64,000 bases of DNA from an uncultured Rhodospirillaceae bacterium (GCA_964587125.1 CAZPKC010000001.1:163945-227944), one strand, 5' to 3'; positions 1-10,576 are shown, counted from the first letter of the stretch. Notes: generated by a model not told the origin, from the sequence alone. Numbers and translations: made by a program.

Positions 1-203
1 AATGGTTGCAAGAAATTATTTTCATCGTTATAAATCGTTAACGATTGGTAAATATTGGTTTAAATAGCTAAAAAAAGAAGAAAAGCGATGAAAGTAATCA
101 AGTTCTTGCATAAGACTACCCCAAAACGGTAACAATGTACCCATATTAAGTTTTGTTTGTGCGAGAAAAAGTGTTTTTAGTTTTTTTTGGGTCTACTCGG
201 TGA

Positions 204-890
204 TTGGATATGATGACTGCAGCGCAACTTAGGGCCGCGCGGGGCCTTCTGGATTGGAGCCGGAGCGACTTATCCAAAGTCTCGAAGGTGTCTCAGGAAA
301 CGATTAAAAATATCGAACACGGAATTTTCCGCCCGCAGGAAACGACGGAAGAAGCGATCATAAGGGCCTTCGCTGCGCACGGCGTGGAGTTTACGGAAAA
401 CGAAGGGGTGCGGAAAAACCAGAATAAGGTTTTTGTTTACAAGGGCGAAAAAGGATTTAAAGATTTTCTGGACGACGTGTACGAAGCCGCCGTCAAGCAA
501 CGCGACGGGACGGATGGCGGAGGAAAGCAGATTTGCTTAAGCAATGTCGACGACCGGTTTTTTATAAAACATTTGTATGAATATTCGTTGCTGCATGCTA
601 AGCGCATGGGCGAGCTGGGAGATAAGGTTAAGGTTCGGATTCTTGTTAAAGATACCGCTGCGCTCAAGATTCCTGGGAAAGATTACAGGGAATATAAAGT
701 TCAAACGGGAATAGTTGACGGGAACGTGCCTTTTTACGTATATGGCGACAAATTGGGAATCCTTATATTCGAGGAAAATAAGGAACCCCAAATCGTGGTT
801 GTTTCTTCGGGCTTGGTGGCCAAGGCATACAGAGAACAGTTTAATGTTTTGTGGAAGAACGCAAAACCTTTAATAGACTCCCGCGATTAG
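204..890 (+). CDS. XRE-family HTH regulator with C-terminal TrmB/PLD-like sensory domain
   Basis: N-terminal AAQLRAARGLLDWSRSDLSKVSKVSQETIKNIEHG helix-turn-helix; C-terminal YVYGDKLGIL...AKAYREQFNVLW resembles a PLD-like fold lacking HKD. Confidence 0.75.
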   Translation: MDMMTAAQLRAARGLLDWSRSDLSKVSKVSQETIKNIEHGIFRPQETTEEAIIRAFAAHGVEFTENEGVRKNQNKVFVYKGEKGFKDFLDDVYEAAVKQRDGTDGGGKQICLSNVDDRFFIKHLYEYSLLHAKRMGELGDKVKVRILVKDTAALKIPGKDYREYKVQTGIVDGNVPFYVYGDKLGILIFEENKEPQIVVVSSGLVAKAYREQFNVLWKNAKPLIDSRD

Positions 891-913
891 TTTACGGGAA
901 AGCATAGGAACTT

Positions 914-1834
914 ATGAGCATCGAACAAAAAAAGATCAGGCGACCGAAAGAATATACGCTTCGTTTGGCGGAGAGAGAAGATTTGCCGACCGTTGAACGG
1001 TATATGAAGGATCCGTCGCGCCCATCGACGGTTTTTAACCGCACACGCAAGGCTTTTCAAACGGCTATCGATAACGAGCTTTTCTGGCTGCTTACCGATC
1101 CGTACGGAAACATCAATACGACGGCTGCCGTCCATATTATTCCCGTGAAAGCGGATATCGGATCGACTTTCTCGAATGCCGAGCCGCGGCATGCGTCTTT
1201 AGACATCAATTTCGCCGAAGTTGGCACGCTATGGAGAAAAGGAAACGCGCCCGCGGGATTCTGCCTCGAGCTTATGTACAGCGCATGCACCTTGCAGACC
1301 TATTTAAAAGCGAACGATCTTTCCATCAGTTGTCTTGTCACCCAGATTGTCGCCGATAATGAACATGGGCTCGATAAATTCCGGGCGTTTGGGCAAGGAT
1401 GGGAATCCTATCTTCCCAGACTGGCTTTCACGGAGCAATTTCAGAAAACGATTCCCGATCAGGAAAGCCGGGACATGAAGCTCTCGATGTTCTCCGCTTC
1501 CGTTAAAACCTCTTTGCCGAGCGCCGCGCGTTGCCTGCTGGGGGTTAAGCCTTCCAAGTTTTCACTCGCGACCCAAAGCCGCAATGTCATCAGGGCCTAC
1601 GACTTTAGATCTAAAGGCCCCGTCAGCATCGATCTTCAATCAACCAATCTGCTCTCCACGGCGCAGGAAATCGTTCGGTTGAATAAAACATCCCCCCTCG
1701 ATAAGATCGGAAGGGAAACCCCTTGGCTCTCGGCCAAAAGGTTGTTTCTCGAAAAAGTTCCCTACGCAACCGTTCCCTTGCATAAAACGAGAAAAACACG
1801 TTTGGAACAAACTCGAGCCGCGATTTCCTGTTAA
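914..1834 (+). CDS. hypothetical protein, possible GNAT-like fold
   Basis: 306-aa ORF; YTLRLAEREDL start and EVGTLWR / TQIVADNE segments weakly suggest GNAT. Confidence 0.5.
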   Translation: MSIEQKKIRRPKEYTLRLAEREDLPTVERYMKDPSRPSTVFNRTRKAFQTAIDNELFWLLTDPYGNINTTAAVHIIPVKADIGSTFSNAEPRHASLDINFAEVGTLWRKGNAPAGFCLELMYSACTLQTYLKANDLSISCLVTQIVADNEHGLDKFRAFGQGWESYLPRLAFTEQFQKTIPDQESRDMKLSMFSASVKTSLPSAARCLLGVKPSKFSLATQSRNVIRAYDFRSKGPVSIDLQSTNLLSTAQEIVRLNKTSPLDKIGRETPWLSAKRLFLEKVPYATVPLHKTRKTRLEQTRAAISC

Positions 1835-1859
1835 CGCCCATACCGCATTGGGTTTCTCG

Positions 1860-2468
1860 ATGAACGATCGGAAAGACCTGAAACGAAAAGGCTGGATCGT
1901 CGGCATTTTTTTTGCCGTGTTTTTTTCGATATCTCCGGCCTGCGCTTCCTCCTTTATCGAGCGCGCGGTGCAAATGTTGCAGGGCGGAGGGTCGGAAACG
2001 GCGCCGCTTCCCGCTTCCGCCGAAGTCGCGTTTTCTCCCGACGGGGGCGCGACCGATCTGGTGGTCAAGGCGATCGGGGCGGCCAAGCAAAGCGTCCGCG
2101 TCGCCGCGTATTCCTTCACCTCGCGCCCCATCGCATCCGCCCTCGCCGAGGCGCATCGGTCGGGCGTCGATGTCGAGGTTGTCGTCGATCACGACCAAAT
2201 TCAAAAAGACAGCCATTCGGTCGTGGCTTTTCTCGTTTCGGAGAAAATTCCCGTGCGCATCGATATTGTCCACACGCTCCAGCACGACAAATACATGATT
2301 ATCGACGGCAAGACGGTCGAGACGGGATCATTCAACTATTCCGCCGCCGCCGAACATAACAATTCCGAAAACGTCCTTGTTTTGTGGGACGACCCGAAGC
2401 TGGCCGATCTTTACTCCGGCAACTGGAAAAGTCTTTGGGATCAGGCGGAGCCTTATAACGGGCAATAA
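1860..2468 (+). CDS. phospholipase D-family (Nuc-like) endonuclease with N-terminal TM/signal segment
   Basis: single HxKxxxxD motif HDKYMIIDGKTVETGSFNYS; FSPDGG and AAYSFTS motifs; ATG at 1860 chosen over TTG at 1848. Confidence 0.88.
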   Translation: MNDRKDLKRKGWIVGIFFAVFFSISPACASSFIERAVQMLQGGGSETAPLPASAEVAFSPDGGATDLVVKAIGAAKQSVRVAAYSFTSRPIASALAEAHRSGVDVEVVVDHDQIQKDSHSVVAFLVSEKIPVRIDIVHTLQHDKYMIIDGKTVETGSFNYSAAAEHNNSENVLVLWDDPKLADLYSGNWKSLWDQAEPYNGQ

Positions 2469-2554
2469 ACGGATTAATAACATATGAAAGTAATTATGAT
2501 ATTGAAAAAGGCAGGTTTTTTTATACACTAGGCCCATATTTTCATTATAGGAGA

Positions 2555-3286
2555 ATGATAATGTCGACTAATTTATTGCGTGATTTTTGCCGCGGCAGTT
2601 TGGAACTCCTCGGTGTTTGGTACAATGACACGTACGGCGATAAAGATATATCCAAGACAGGATATCACACGCGCATTGCCGTTGACCTTAGCGGAAATCA
2701 GAGTTCCGTAGAGGAATCTATCTATGAAAATGGTAAAATTGTTTTCCGCTATAGCCAAGTCAGCGATACCGATAATAAAAAACCATTCTCTTGGACTCTT
2801 ACTGAATATGGTCCAAATTCGAACTTGAACAAAAAAAATATGACGAATTATAAAACCGGGTATGATACGTTTTGGGCAGCCAATAGACATTTCTTGTATC
2901 GCGGCAATTCCACGCACGAGGACAATTTTATCTATGAGCCTGTTTACGACGGCGACACCTTTGGAAAAAAGGATAGCCCGTTAAACGGACAAACTCTTCT
3001 TTCTCAACGCGACCGGCTGATCGAGAATTTGTTTCAGGAACATATTCATACTCCTGAAATGCCTTCTCTCGATTACTTCAACAGAAGAAGGAAGATTCTC
3101 GACTCCTCGTCTTTGGTCGAAGGGCTTCTCGATAAAGAAAAAAGGGTTCGCGCCAAAGCTGAAAATGGAACTTTTTCCTTCATTCAAATCAATGGCAGAA
3201 GCAAAAGAGAAGTTTCGTTTGAAAGTTATAGAAAATTGAAGAGCAATCCCATTTTCTCAAAACCGATAGTGCCGTTCGTGCGGTAA
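2555..3286 (+). CDS. hypothetical protein (AT-rich orphan)
   Basis: 243-aa ORF with AGGAGA RBS; no recognisable motif. Confidence 0.55.
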   Translation: MIMSTNLLRDFCRGSLELLGVWYNDTYGDKDISKTGYHTRIAVDLSGNQSSVEESIYENGKIVFRYSQVSDTDNKKPFSWTLTEYGPNSNLNKKNMTNYKTGYDTFWAANRHFLYRGNSTHEDNFIYEPVYDGDTFGKKDSPLNGQTLLSQRDRLIENLFQEHIHTPEMPSLDYFNRRRKILDSSSLVEGLLDKEKRVRAKAENGTFSFIQINGRSKREVSFESYRKLKSNPIFSKPIVPFVR

Positions 3287-3318
3287 GATAAAAGCGCTTA
3301 AGCATTCTCGCGCCTGAC

Positions 3319-3337
3319 TGGCGCGCCCTAGCAGATT
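3319..3337 (-). repeat. 19-bp direct repeat of the tRNA-Arg 3' end (att-like)
   Basis: tggcgcgccctagcagatt occurs at both 3319-3337 and 3567-3585. Confidence 0.9.
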
Positions 3338-3344
3338 GGCTTCT

Positions 3345-3409
3345 CCTGTCACTCACCCGAGCGGAGAATATTTTGCGAACAAAATTTCGTTCCTCGGGTG
3401 AGTGACAGG
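3345..3409. repeat. perfect 17-bp inverted repeat hairpin
   Basis: cctgtcactcacccgag (3345-3361) / ctcgggtgagtgacagg (3393-3409). Confidence 0.9.
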
Positions 3410-3528
3410 CTCGCCCTGACTTCGCAATAAATTTTGTTTTTTTACGCGTCCGCGTACACGTGCGCGGACGCTTTTTGAATTGCTCGTCATCGACCTGCTC
3501 TACGCAGTTCGAACACTGATAGGGGCAC

Positions 3529-3565
3529 TTAACAGAAACGGGGCAAGATGCCCCGCTTCTGTTAA
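3529..3565 (-). terminator. intrinsic terminator downstream of tRNA-Arg
   Basis: ttaacagaa-acggggca...tgccccg-cttctgttaa hairpin directly after the CCA end. Confidence 0.7.
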
Positions 3566-3566
3566 T

Positions 3567-3643
3567 TGGCGCGCCCTAGCAGATTCGAACTGCTGACCTG
3601 CCGCTTAGAAGGCGGCTGCTCTATCCAACTGAGCTAAGGGCGC
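3567..3643 (-). tRNA. tRNA-Arg(UCU)
   Basis: 77-nt cloverleaf; anticodon arm gccgc-cTTCTaa-gcggc; GTTCGAA T-loop; encoded CCA. Confidence 0.97.
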
Positions 3644-3757
3644 TTTCTGAATAGTGTCGCGTAAGGAAGCTAATAATTGGTTAGTTCCTGTTTTTTCCCG
3701 GTTTAGTCAAGCGGAAACCGGCGCGCCGCCGGAGGCCTTTTCAAGGATTTGATCCCC

Positions 3758-4705
3758 TTACAGCCTGACCCACGTCAACTCGTGCTTGTTGTTGTGCAGA
3801 TGCACAATCCGCGAGCCGGGGATAACGGCAAATTGGCGCATCGTTTCGAAATCGGTCTCGCCCTGAAATTTAATTGTGCAGACGAAATGGCTGACGTTTC
3901 CCTCGGCCAGCCATTTCTGCACCATAGCCAGAAGCCTTTTGGGATAGCAAATAACGTCCGAAAACAGCCAATCGACGGCCCCTATCGTTTTTGGATCGAG
4001 CGCAAACGCGCTTTCGCTACGATATTCGACGTTCGGAAGGCTTGAAATTTTCTGGTCGAGAGGAGCCTTATCGACGCTGAGGACGCGCGCGCCGAGTTGT
4101 TGCAAAACCCATGTCCAACCGCCCGGACACGCGCCGAGATCGAGGCAGAATTCGCCTGGCTTTGGATGCTCTCCCAAAACCGTGAACGCTTCCCACAGTT
4201 TAAGATACGCGCGGCTTGGCGAGCCGATATGGTTTTCGACAAACTGCACCTCGCCGTTGGGAAACGCGCTAGAGCATTTGGACGAAGCCAGAAGCGTGTT
4301 CGCGTCAACAAGCGTCCACGAGCCGAGCGGCGCTTTGGGCGCTTCCGTCCCGAAAACAAGCGGCTTTGCCGAAATCTTCGGCAATTTTTCGGCGATCAGT
4401 GCGGCGCGGCGATGATGCGCGAAAGAATAAAGCGTCCAATTGCGTTGAATCGCGCGCAGCTTCTTGGCGGCGTCTCCTATCGATTCAATCGGGATGAACG
4501 CCGGATTGAGCCACGCATTCGAAGCCCACGCCGCGGGCTTGCGCGTATTTTTCGCCAGAACCAGATGATCGTATGTTTTGATGACTCTATCGCCTAATTC
4601 CTTCTGAAGATCGGCAACGAAGCCTTGCGGCGCAAGATAGGCCACGAGATTCTCCGTCTCAGGCAAATCGTCGGAAGGATCGGGATGTTCGGGCGTTTTA
4701 TTCAT
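3758..4705 (-). CDS. FtsJ/RlmM-like SAM-dependent RNA methyltransferase
   Basis: SRAYLKLWE, LDLGACPGGWT and LFSDVICYP motifs. Confidence 0.85.
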   Translation of the reverse strand: MNKTPEHPDPSDDLPETENLVAYLAPQGFVADLQKELGDRVIKTYDHLVLAKNTRKPAAWASNAWLNPAFIPIESIGDAAKKLRAIQRNWTLYSFAHHRRAALIAEKLPKISAKPLVFGTEAPKAPLGSWTLVDANTLLASSKCSSAFPNGEVQFVENHIGSPSRAYLKLWEAFTVLGEHPKPGEFCLDLGACPGGWTWVLQQLGARVLSVDKAPLDQKISSLPNVEYRSESAFALDPKTIGAVDWLFSDVICYPKRLLAMVQKWLAEGNVSHFVCTIKFQGETDFETMRQFAVIPGSRIVHLHNNKHELTWVRL

Positions 4706-4711
4706 CGCGCG

Positions 4712-5734
4712 TCAGGCCACGCAGCGCGCGAAACCTTCGCGCAAGGCGCGTTCATCGAGATTGCGCCCGATGAAAACAAGGCGACTTGCGCGGTGTTCGC
4801 CTTTATTCCATGGCTGCATATTCGTGCCGTCCATCATCATATGCACGCCCTGAATGACAAGCCGCCGTTCGCTTCCCAGAAGATCGAGAATGCCTTTATA
4901 ACGAAGCAAATCCTGCCCTTTTTGCGCGCGGAGGTCCGTGATCCATTGTTCGAATTTCGCGGGGTCGAGGGGATTGGATGAAATCAGGGACAGGCTTGAA
5001 ATCGCGCTGTCGTGCTTGGGATTAGGTTCATCGTGATGAGGGTGCCCGCAACCGCAATGCGCGCCGCATTGGTGATCGTGGTCTTCCTCTTCGCCTTTCA
5101 GAAAATCGGGGTCGCGTTTGAGAATTTCGTTGAGATCGAAACTGCCGAGGCCGAGGACTTGATCGAGGGCTACGTCGCATTTCGTCGTGCGGATAATCTT
5201 GGCGTAACGGTTGATGCCGCGTATCGAGGATTCGATGCGCGCCAACTCCGCTTCATCAACGAGATCGGCCTTGTTCAGCAAAAGTACGTCGGCGAAAGCG
5301 ATCTGGTCTTCGGCTTCTTTAGAATCTTTGAGCCGCAAAGGAATGTGCTTCGCGTCTACGACGGTTACGACGCTATCGAGTTTTGTTTTCGCCGCCACAT
5401 CTTCGTCGGCGAAAAACGTTTGCGCGACGGGCGCGGGATCGGCAAGGCCCGTCGTTTCGATCAATATGCCGTCGAAAGCCGAAACGCGCTTCATCAATCC
5501 GGTTATGACGCGGATCAAATCTCCGCGCACGGTGCAGCAGATGCAGCCGTTGTTCATCTCATATATTTCTTCATCCGCGCCGACGATGAGCGCTCCGTCG
5601 ATGCCTATCTCGCCGTATTCGTTGACGATAACGGCGTATTTTTTGCCGTGCGGCTCGGACAAAATGCGGTTAAGCAGCGTGGTTTTTCCCGCGCCCAGAT
5701 AGCCTGTCAGAACGGTTACGGGAATTTGGGGCAT
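4712..5734 (-). CDS. CobW/COG0523 family metal-chaperone GTPase
   Basis: LTGYLGAGKTT, NEYGE, NGCICC and ETTGLADP motifs; His-rich linker; CobW C-terminal domain. Confidence 0.95.
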   Translation of the reverse strand: MPQIPVTVLTGYLGAGKTTLLNRILSEPHGKKYAVIVNEYGEIGIDGALIVGADEEIYEMNNGCICCTVRGDLIRVITGLMKRVSAFDGILIETTGLADPAPVAQTFFADEDVAAKTKLDSVVTVVDAKHIPLRLKDSKEAEDQIAFADVLLLNKADLVDEAELARIESSIRGINRYAKIIRTTKCDVALDQVLGLGSFDLNEILKRDPDFLKGEEEDHDHQCGAHCGCGHPHHDEPNPKHDSAISSLSLISSNPLDPAKFEQWITDLRAQKGQDLLRYKGILDLLGSERRLVIQGVHMMMDGTNMQPWNKGEHRASRLVFIGRNLDERALREGFARCVA

Positions 5735-5858
5735 GAGGGTTCTTCTTTCATTTGTTCTAAAGCGCGGGAATTATACATACGCAAAGCCAGAGTTAAAGCT
5801 TTCCGTGGAAAAAACACGTGTTTTCAAGATGTTTTACCCGCAAAATACAAAAAACCCC

Positions 5859-6087
5859 TTGCTTTCCAGCCTTCAAAAGCCTAGAAAACGCTCCGCCTTG
5901 GGGATTGTCCCTTTGGCAGATTTAAAACTCACGCATGTTTGGCTCGCGCAGTAAATCCTGCGATGCGCCGTCCGGTGTGGGGTCGCAGTCACGGTTGCGG
6001 GAAGCCAACGGAGTTGGCGTACCGCAGAGTAGTCGCGACCAACCATACAACTACATGCGGCGGATCAACCGGAGAAGGAAGTTAATT
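5859..6087 (+). promoter_or_regulatory. rpsB promoter and structured 5' leader (likely S2 autoregulatory element)
   Basis: TTGCTT-N17-TAGAAA at 5859-5887; nested pairings cgcatgt/acatgcg, ggtcgc/gcgacc, tgcgg/ccgca, gccaac/gttggc. Confidence 0.6.
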
Positions 6088-6882
6088 ATGACGATGCCCA
6101 TCGTTTCTCTGCGGCAATTGTTCGAGGCCGGCGTTCATTTCGGCCATAACACGCGCAGATGGAACCCCAAAATGCAATCCTATCTGTTCGGCGTGCGCAA
6201 CAGCGTGCACATCATCGATCTTGAGCAGACCGTTCCTATGTTTCAGCGCGCCTTGCAGGCGTTGCGCGACGTCGCCGCATCGGGCGGCCGCATCTTGTTC
6301 GTCGGCACCAAGCGCCAGGCGCAGGAGAGAATCGCCGAAGCCGCCACGCGGTGCGGCCAGTACTACGTCAACCACCGCTGGCTGGGCGGCATGCTCACCA
6401 ACTGGAAGACGATCTCGCAATCCATCAAGCGTTTGCGCGACCTGAACGACAAGCTGGAAAACGAAGCCAAGAAGCTGACCAAAAAGGAAACGCTCCAGAT
6501 GACGCGCGCGCGCGACAAGCTGGAAAAATCCTTGGGCGGCATCAAGGATATGGGCGGACTGCCGGATATCATTTTCGTGATCGACACGCTGAAGGAAGAC
6601 ATCGCGATAGCGGAAGCCGTCAAGCTTGGCGTCCCCGTCGTCGCCGTCATCGACAGCAATTCCGATCCCACCAACATCACGTTTCCGATTCCGGGCAACG
6701 ACGACGCCTCGCGCGCGATTGATCTTTATTGCGATCTTACGTCGCAGGCCGTTCTCGATGGAATCGAAGCCGAACTCGGTTCCAGCGGCAAGGACATCGG
6801 CGAAGCCGCCGTTGTGCCGAGCGGCGAAACGACGATCGCCGCAGCCGTCGAAGAAACAAAAGACGCCGCAAAAGCGGAATAA
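6088..6882 (+). CDS. rpsB: 30S ribosomal protein S2
   Basis: [23 protein letters not shown] and PIPGNDD motifs; ATG at 6088 after GGAGAAGG. Confidence 0.98.
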   Translation: MTMPIVSLRQLFEAGVHFGHNTRRWNPKMQSYLFGVRNSVHIIDLEQTVPMFQRALQALRDVAASGGRILFVGTKRQAQERIAEAATRCGQYYVNHRWLGGMLTNWKTISQSIKRLRDLNDKLENEAKKLTKKETLQMTRARDKLEKSLGGIKDMGGLPDIIFVIDTLKEDIAIAEAVKLGVPVVAVIDSNSDPTNITFPIPGNDDASRAIDLYCDLTSQAVLDGIEAELGSSGKDIGEAAVVPSGETTIAAAVEETKDAAKAE

Positions 6883-6892
6883 GGAGCGCAAC

Positions 6893-7813
6893 ATGCCGGA
6901 AGTCACAGCCTCAATGGTGAAAGACCTGCGCGAAAAGACCGGCGCGGGCATGATGGATTGCAAAAAGGCCTTGAACGAATCCAACGGCGACATGGAAGCT
7001 GCCGTGGATTGGTTGCGCAAGAAAGGCCTATCGGCAGCCGCCAAGAAAGCCGGTCGCGTCGCGGCCGAAGGTTTGGTCTCAATCGCCTCGACGCAGACGA
7101 AAGCGGTGCTGGTCGAAATCAACGCCGAAACCGATTTCGTCGCGCGCAACGACAAATTTCAGGCTTTCGCTCTGCAAGTCGCCAAAACCGCCCTTGAAAC
7201 CGGCGCGGATATCGAAAAGCTAAAGAACGCCAAGCTCCCGAGCGGAGAAACCGCTCAGGCGGCTTTGACAAACCTTGTCGCAACGGTCGGCGAAAATATG
7301 TCTCTGCGCCGCGCGGCGCAGATGTCCGTGAAGCAAGGCGTCGTCGCAACTTATGTCCACAACGCGTTGGCTCCGAATTTGGGTAAGATCGGCGTTTTGG
7401 TTGCTTTGGAATCTTCCGCCGATGCCGCAAAATTGATGGAACTCGGCAAGCAGATCGCGATGCACGTCGCCGCGGCCCGCCCCGAGGCTTTGGAGATCAA
7501 GGATGTCGATACCAAAGCTCTCGACCGTGAACGCAACGTGTTGGCCGATCAGGCGCGCGCGTCGGGCAAGCCCGAAGCGATCATCGCCAAGATGGTCGAG
7601 GGGCGTTTGCGCAAATACTACGAAGAAGTCGTTCTGCTTGAGCAAATCTACGTGGTGGACGGCGAAAGCCGCGTCGCGCAGGTGATCGAAAAGGCTTCCA
7701 AGGATTTCGGCGCGCCCGTCAAATTGACCGGCTTCGTGCGTTATCAGCTCGGCGAAGGCATCGAAAAGGCCCAAGACGATTTCGTCGCCGAAGTTGCTAA
7801 AATGGCGAAGTAA
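6893..7813 (+). CDS. tsf: elongation factor Ts
   Basis: [19 protein letters not shown] and [10 protein letters not shown] motifs; start at ATG 6893 after AAGGAG. Confidence 0.98.
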   Translation: MPEVTASMVKDLREKTGAGMMDCKKALNESNGDMEAAVDWLRKKGLSAAAKKAGRVAAEGLVSIASTQTKAVLVEINAETDFVARNDKFQAFALQVAKTALETGADIEKLKNAKLPSGETAQAALTNLVATVGENMSLRRAAQMSVKQGVVATYVHNALAPNLGKIGVLVALESSADAAKLMELGKQIAMHVAAARPEALEIKDVDTKALDRERNVLADQARASGKPEAIIAKMVEGRLRKYYEEVVLLEQIYVVDGESRVAQVIEKASKDFGAPVKLTGFVRYQLGEGIEKAQDDFVAEVAKMAK

Positions 7814-7834
7814 AAAGCCGTTAACCTTATTTTT

Positions 7835-7881
7835 AAAACGCCTCGTCCGGAAACTTAACGGTTTTCAGGCGGGGCGTTTTT
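7835..7881 (+). terminator. intrinsic terminator after tsf
   Basis: aaaacgcctcgtc...ggcggggcgtttt imperfect stem followed by a T-tract. Confidence 0.7.
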
Positions 7882-7996
7882 AGTTTTGGGAAGAATATCC
7901 GTATTACTTTCATCTATTCGGTGTATTCTCAGACAGCTTGTTAACCGGACACGGGATTTTTTTGTTTATTTCTTAACGAAATACGAGGCTTTTATT

Positions 7997-8596
7997 ATGT
8001 CTCAGGAATTTTTTCTTCGCCCGTCCGAGAAAACGGGGCTCGACAGCACGGTTCCTGCGTCTCTCAGTCCGCACAGGCAGGTCAGAAGGAATCTCGGAAT
8101 ACCCGCGGAATTCGATTCCGTTTCCGTTGCGTATATCCTTACCTGCCGTTCGCCTTCAGGCTTGACTGCCGCGTTTAAAATGAAAATTCCCGATATGAAT
8201 CCCTTGCCCGAACCGGATTCGGCAGACCTTCGCAAACTTTCCAAGGCGTTCGAAACGACGGAAAGATTTATGACCCCCTCCCCCGAAACCGATTCCTCCG
8301 ATTTTTGCGATGCGCTCGGAAAAATCGTGAGGGAGGCTTTCGAAAACATATCGGGGGAAAGCCATATGGATTTGAACGTTCTTTTCCTGCCGCCGATTGC
8401 CAAAGACGGATATGCCGAATGCCGGACTTTCGGTTTGGACAGAACCAAAGCCTGCCAGACTTTCTGGATGGACGAGAAAAATTACGCCGACCAGCTTTCC
8501 GAAATAAGCGCTTATATGGGCGTTCCCGAAGAAAGAAGGACGCAAGCCGATCTTTCCTCGAAGGCAACTCCGGGAGAGTTCTTGCTGAATTTATAG
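7997..8596 (+). CDS. hypothetical protein
   Basis: ORF with GAGG RBS before ATG 7997; no recognisable motif. Confidence 0.55.
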   Translation: MSQEFFLRPSEKTGLDSTVPASLSPHRQVRRNLGIPAEFDSVSVAYILTCRSPSGLTAAFKMKIPDMNPLPEPDSADLRKLSKAFETTERFMTPSPETDSSDFCDALGKIVREAFENISGESHMDLNVLFLPPIAKDGYAECRTFGLDRTKACQTFWMDEKNYADQLSEISAYMGVPEERRTQADLSSKATPGEFLLNL

Positions 8597-8606
8597 GAAA
8601 GCACCT

Positions 8607-9098
8607 TCAAGGGGTGCCCGGGATTGTCTGCTTCGTCGTCTTGACGTCCAAAGGCCGGATCGTTGTCTTTTGCGCCGTTTGCTCATTCTTAAAATCCGCG
8701 ACGAGTTTCACGATAGAGTCGGAAACAGAAGCGCCTTTTTCATAAATGCGGCCCTCGAGATCTTTCGACACATCCAATCCCCGTTCTTGAAAAAGGGTAT
8801 GGATTTGGTCCGGCGTTTTGTTGGAACAAAAATAAAAGGGCGGTGCGGCCAAATCCGTAGATTCGAAACAACGAAAATAGTCGAAAAGATCGATGCCGCC
8901 CGGATTGCCGGAGCCTTTCTTTCCCGGAAAATTGAAATCCGAAATGATCAAATCGAAGGAATTTGGTCCTTCCAATTTCTTGACGGACTCGGCGTAAGAA
9001 GGAGCGTGCACAAGTTCAATATCGGGATAGTCGGATTTCAGCCGCATCCGGACATTCATCTCAATAATAAATTCGTCCTCGATATAGAGAATTCTCAT
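8607..9098 (-). CDS. single-domain response regulator (receiver) with C-terminal tail
   Basis: MRILYIEDE and FDLIISDFNFPG (phospho-acceptor Asp). Confidence 0.8.
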   Translation of the reverse strand: MRILYIEDEFIIEMNVRMRLKSDYPDIELVHAPSYAESVKKLEGPNSFDLIISDFNFPGKKGSGNPGGIDLFDYFRCFESTDLAAPPFYFCSNKTPDQIHTLFQERGLDVSKDLEGRIYEKGASVSDSIVKLVADFKNEQTAQKTTIRPLDVKTTKQTIPGTP

Positions 9099-9272
9099 AC
9101 AGATTTTCCACTTTTATGCTTTTCCAAGCTGTTTTTTTCCTGTTTTTCCGAGTTTACCTTGCGCAAATGCTTTCAACAAACCATTTTGGGCTGTTCATTA
9201 AAAAGCAAGCTTGTATAATGGGTTGGCTCGGATGCATATAATCCGTGCCGGTTTTTTGTACCCAAAAGGAAA

Positions 9273-10034
9273 ATGCGCATGCCCCATTCCTCGGAGAAGA
9301 AAAATACGCCCGATCACGCCCCTTCGACCGCGCGCTATAAGCGCGTTTTGCTGAAATTGTCGGGAGAAGCGCTTATGGGCTCGCGCGATTACGGGCTTGA
9401 GCCGGAGGTGGTCGATCGCGTCGCGGCCGAGATCAAGTCCGTGATCGATATGGGCGTCGAAGTTTGCGTCGTGATCGGCGGCGGAAATATTTTTCGCGGC
9501 GTTTCGGGCGCTTCGCAGGGAATGGATCGCGCCGCCGCCGACTATATGGGCATGCTGGCGACCGTCATCAACGCTCTTGCGATGCAGAACGCGCTTGAAA
9601 AAGCGGGCGTGCCGACGCGCGTTTTGTCAGCTATTCCGATGTCCTCGATCTGCGAGCCCTATATCCGCCGCCGCGCGATGCGCCACATGGAAAAAGGCCG
9701 CGCCGTCATTTTTGCCGCGGGCACAGGCAATCCGTTTTTCACGACCGACAGCGCTGCCGCCTTGCGCGCGGCGGAAATGCAATGCAACGCGCTTTTAAAA
9801 GCGACGAAGGTCGACGGCGTCTATAGCGCCGATCCGAACAAGGTCAAGGACGCCAAGCGTTACGACAGGCTCAGTTATCTCGACGTTCTGACGCAGGATT
9901 TGCAGGTAATGGACACTTCCGCCATTTCTTTGGCGCGGGAAAGCAAAATTCCGATTTTGGTTTTCTCGATCTTCACGCATGGCGCGTTTGCCAATGTGAT
10001 GCAGGGTAAAGGTAACTTCACGATAGTGGAGTGA
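9273..10034 (+). CDS. pyrH: UMP kinase
   Basis: [30 protein letters not shown] and [10 protein letters not shown] motifs. Confidence 0.98.
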   Translation: MRMPHSSEKKNTPDHAPSTARYKRVLLKLSGEALMGSRDYGLEPEVVDRVAAEIKSVIDMGVEVCVVIGGGNIFRGVSGASQGMDRAAADYMGMLATVINALAMQNALEKAGVPTRVLSAIPMSSICEPYIRRRAMRHMEKGRAVIFAAGTGNPFFTTDSAAALRAAEMQCNALLKATKVDGVYSADPNKVKDAKRYDRLSYLDVLTQDLQVMDTSAISLARESKIPILVFSIFTHGAFANVMQGKGNFTIVE

Positions 10035-10039
10035 CAAAA

Positions 10040-10576
10040 ATGAATCTCGATCAAACGAAGCAACGGATGGAAGCCTCGCTCGAGGCTCTGCGCAAAGAAT
10101 TCGCGGGTCTGCGCACGGGGCGCGCGTCGGTCAATCTGCTCGACGGCGTTCACGTCGAGGCTTACGGCGCGTCGTCTCCCCTCAATCAGGTCGGAACGGT
10201 CAGCGCGCCGGAGCCTCGGTTGCTGACGGTTCAAGTATGGGACATGGGTCTTGTCAAAAGCGTCGAAAAAGCGATCCGCGACGCGGGGCTTGGGCTTAAT
10301 CCGCAACCCGACGGCAATTTGATCCGCGTGCCGCTGCCGGAATTGAGTCAGGAACGCCGCGTGGAATTGGTCAAAATAGCGGGAAAATACACGGAACAGG
10401 CCCGCATCGCGGTTCGCAACGTGCGGCGCGACGCGATGGACGCCGTCAAGAAGGAAAAAGCGTCCGAAGACGAAACCAAACACATGAACGAAAAAGTGCA
10501 GAAGCTGACCGACGAAACCATCAAGAAAATAGACGAGCTTTTCTCGGCCAAGGAAAAAGAAATCACGCGCGTCTGA
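10040..10576 (+). CDS. frr: ribosome recycling factor
   Basis: [15 protein letters not shown] and RNVRRDA motifs. Confidence 0.97.
   Translation: MNLDQTKQRMEASLEALRKEFAGLRTGRASVNLLDGVHVEAYGASSPLNQVGTVSAPEPRLLTVQVWDMGLVKSVEKAIRDAGLGLNPQPDGNLIRVPLPELSQERRVELVKIAGKYTEQARIAVRNVRRDAMDAVKKEKASEDETKHMNEKVQKLTDETIKKIDELFSAKEKEITRV

Noticed and set aside
5894-6087. rpsB leader as a novel RNA
   Set aside because: A structured S2 autoregulatory leader is expected at this position; listed as a feature only.
5935-7813. N-terminal extensions of S2 (from 5935) and EF-Ts (from 6626)
   Set aside because: They overlap the structured leader or rpsB; canonical starts with RBS are at 6088 and 6893.
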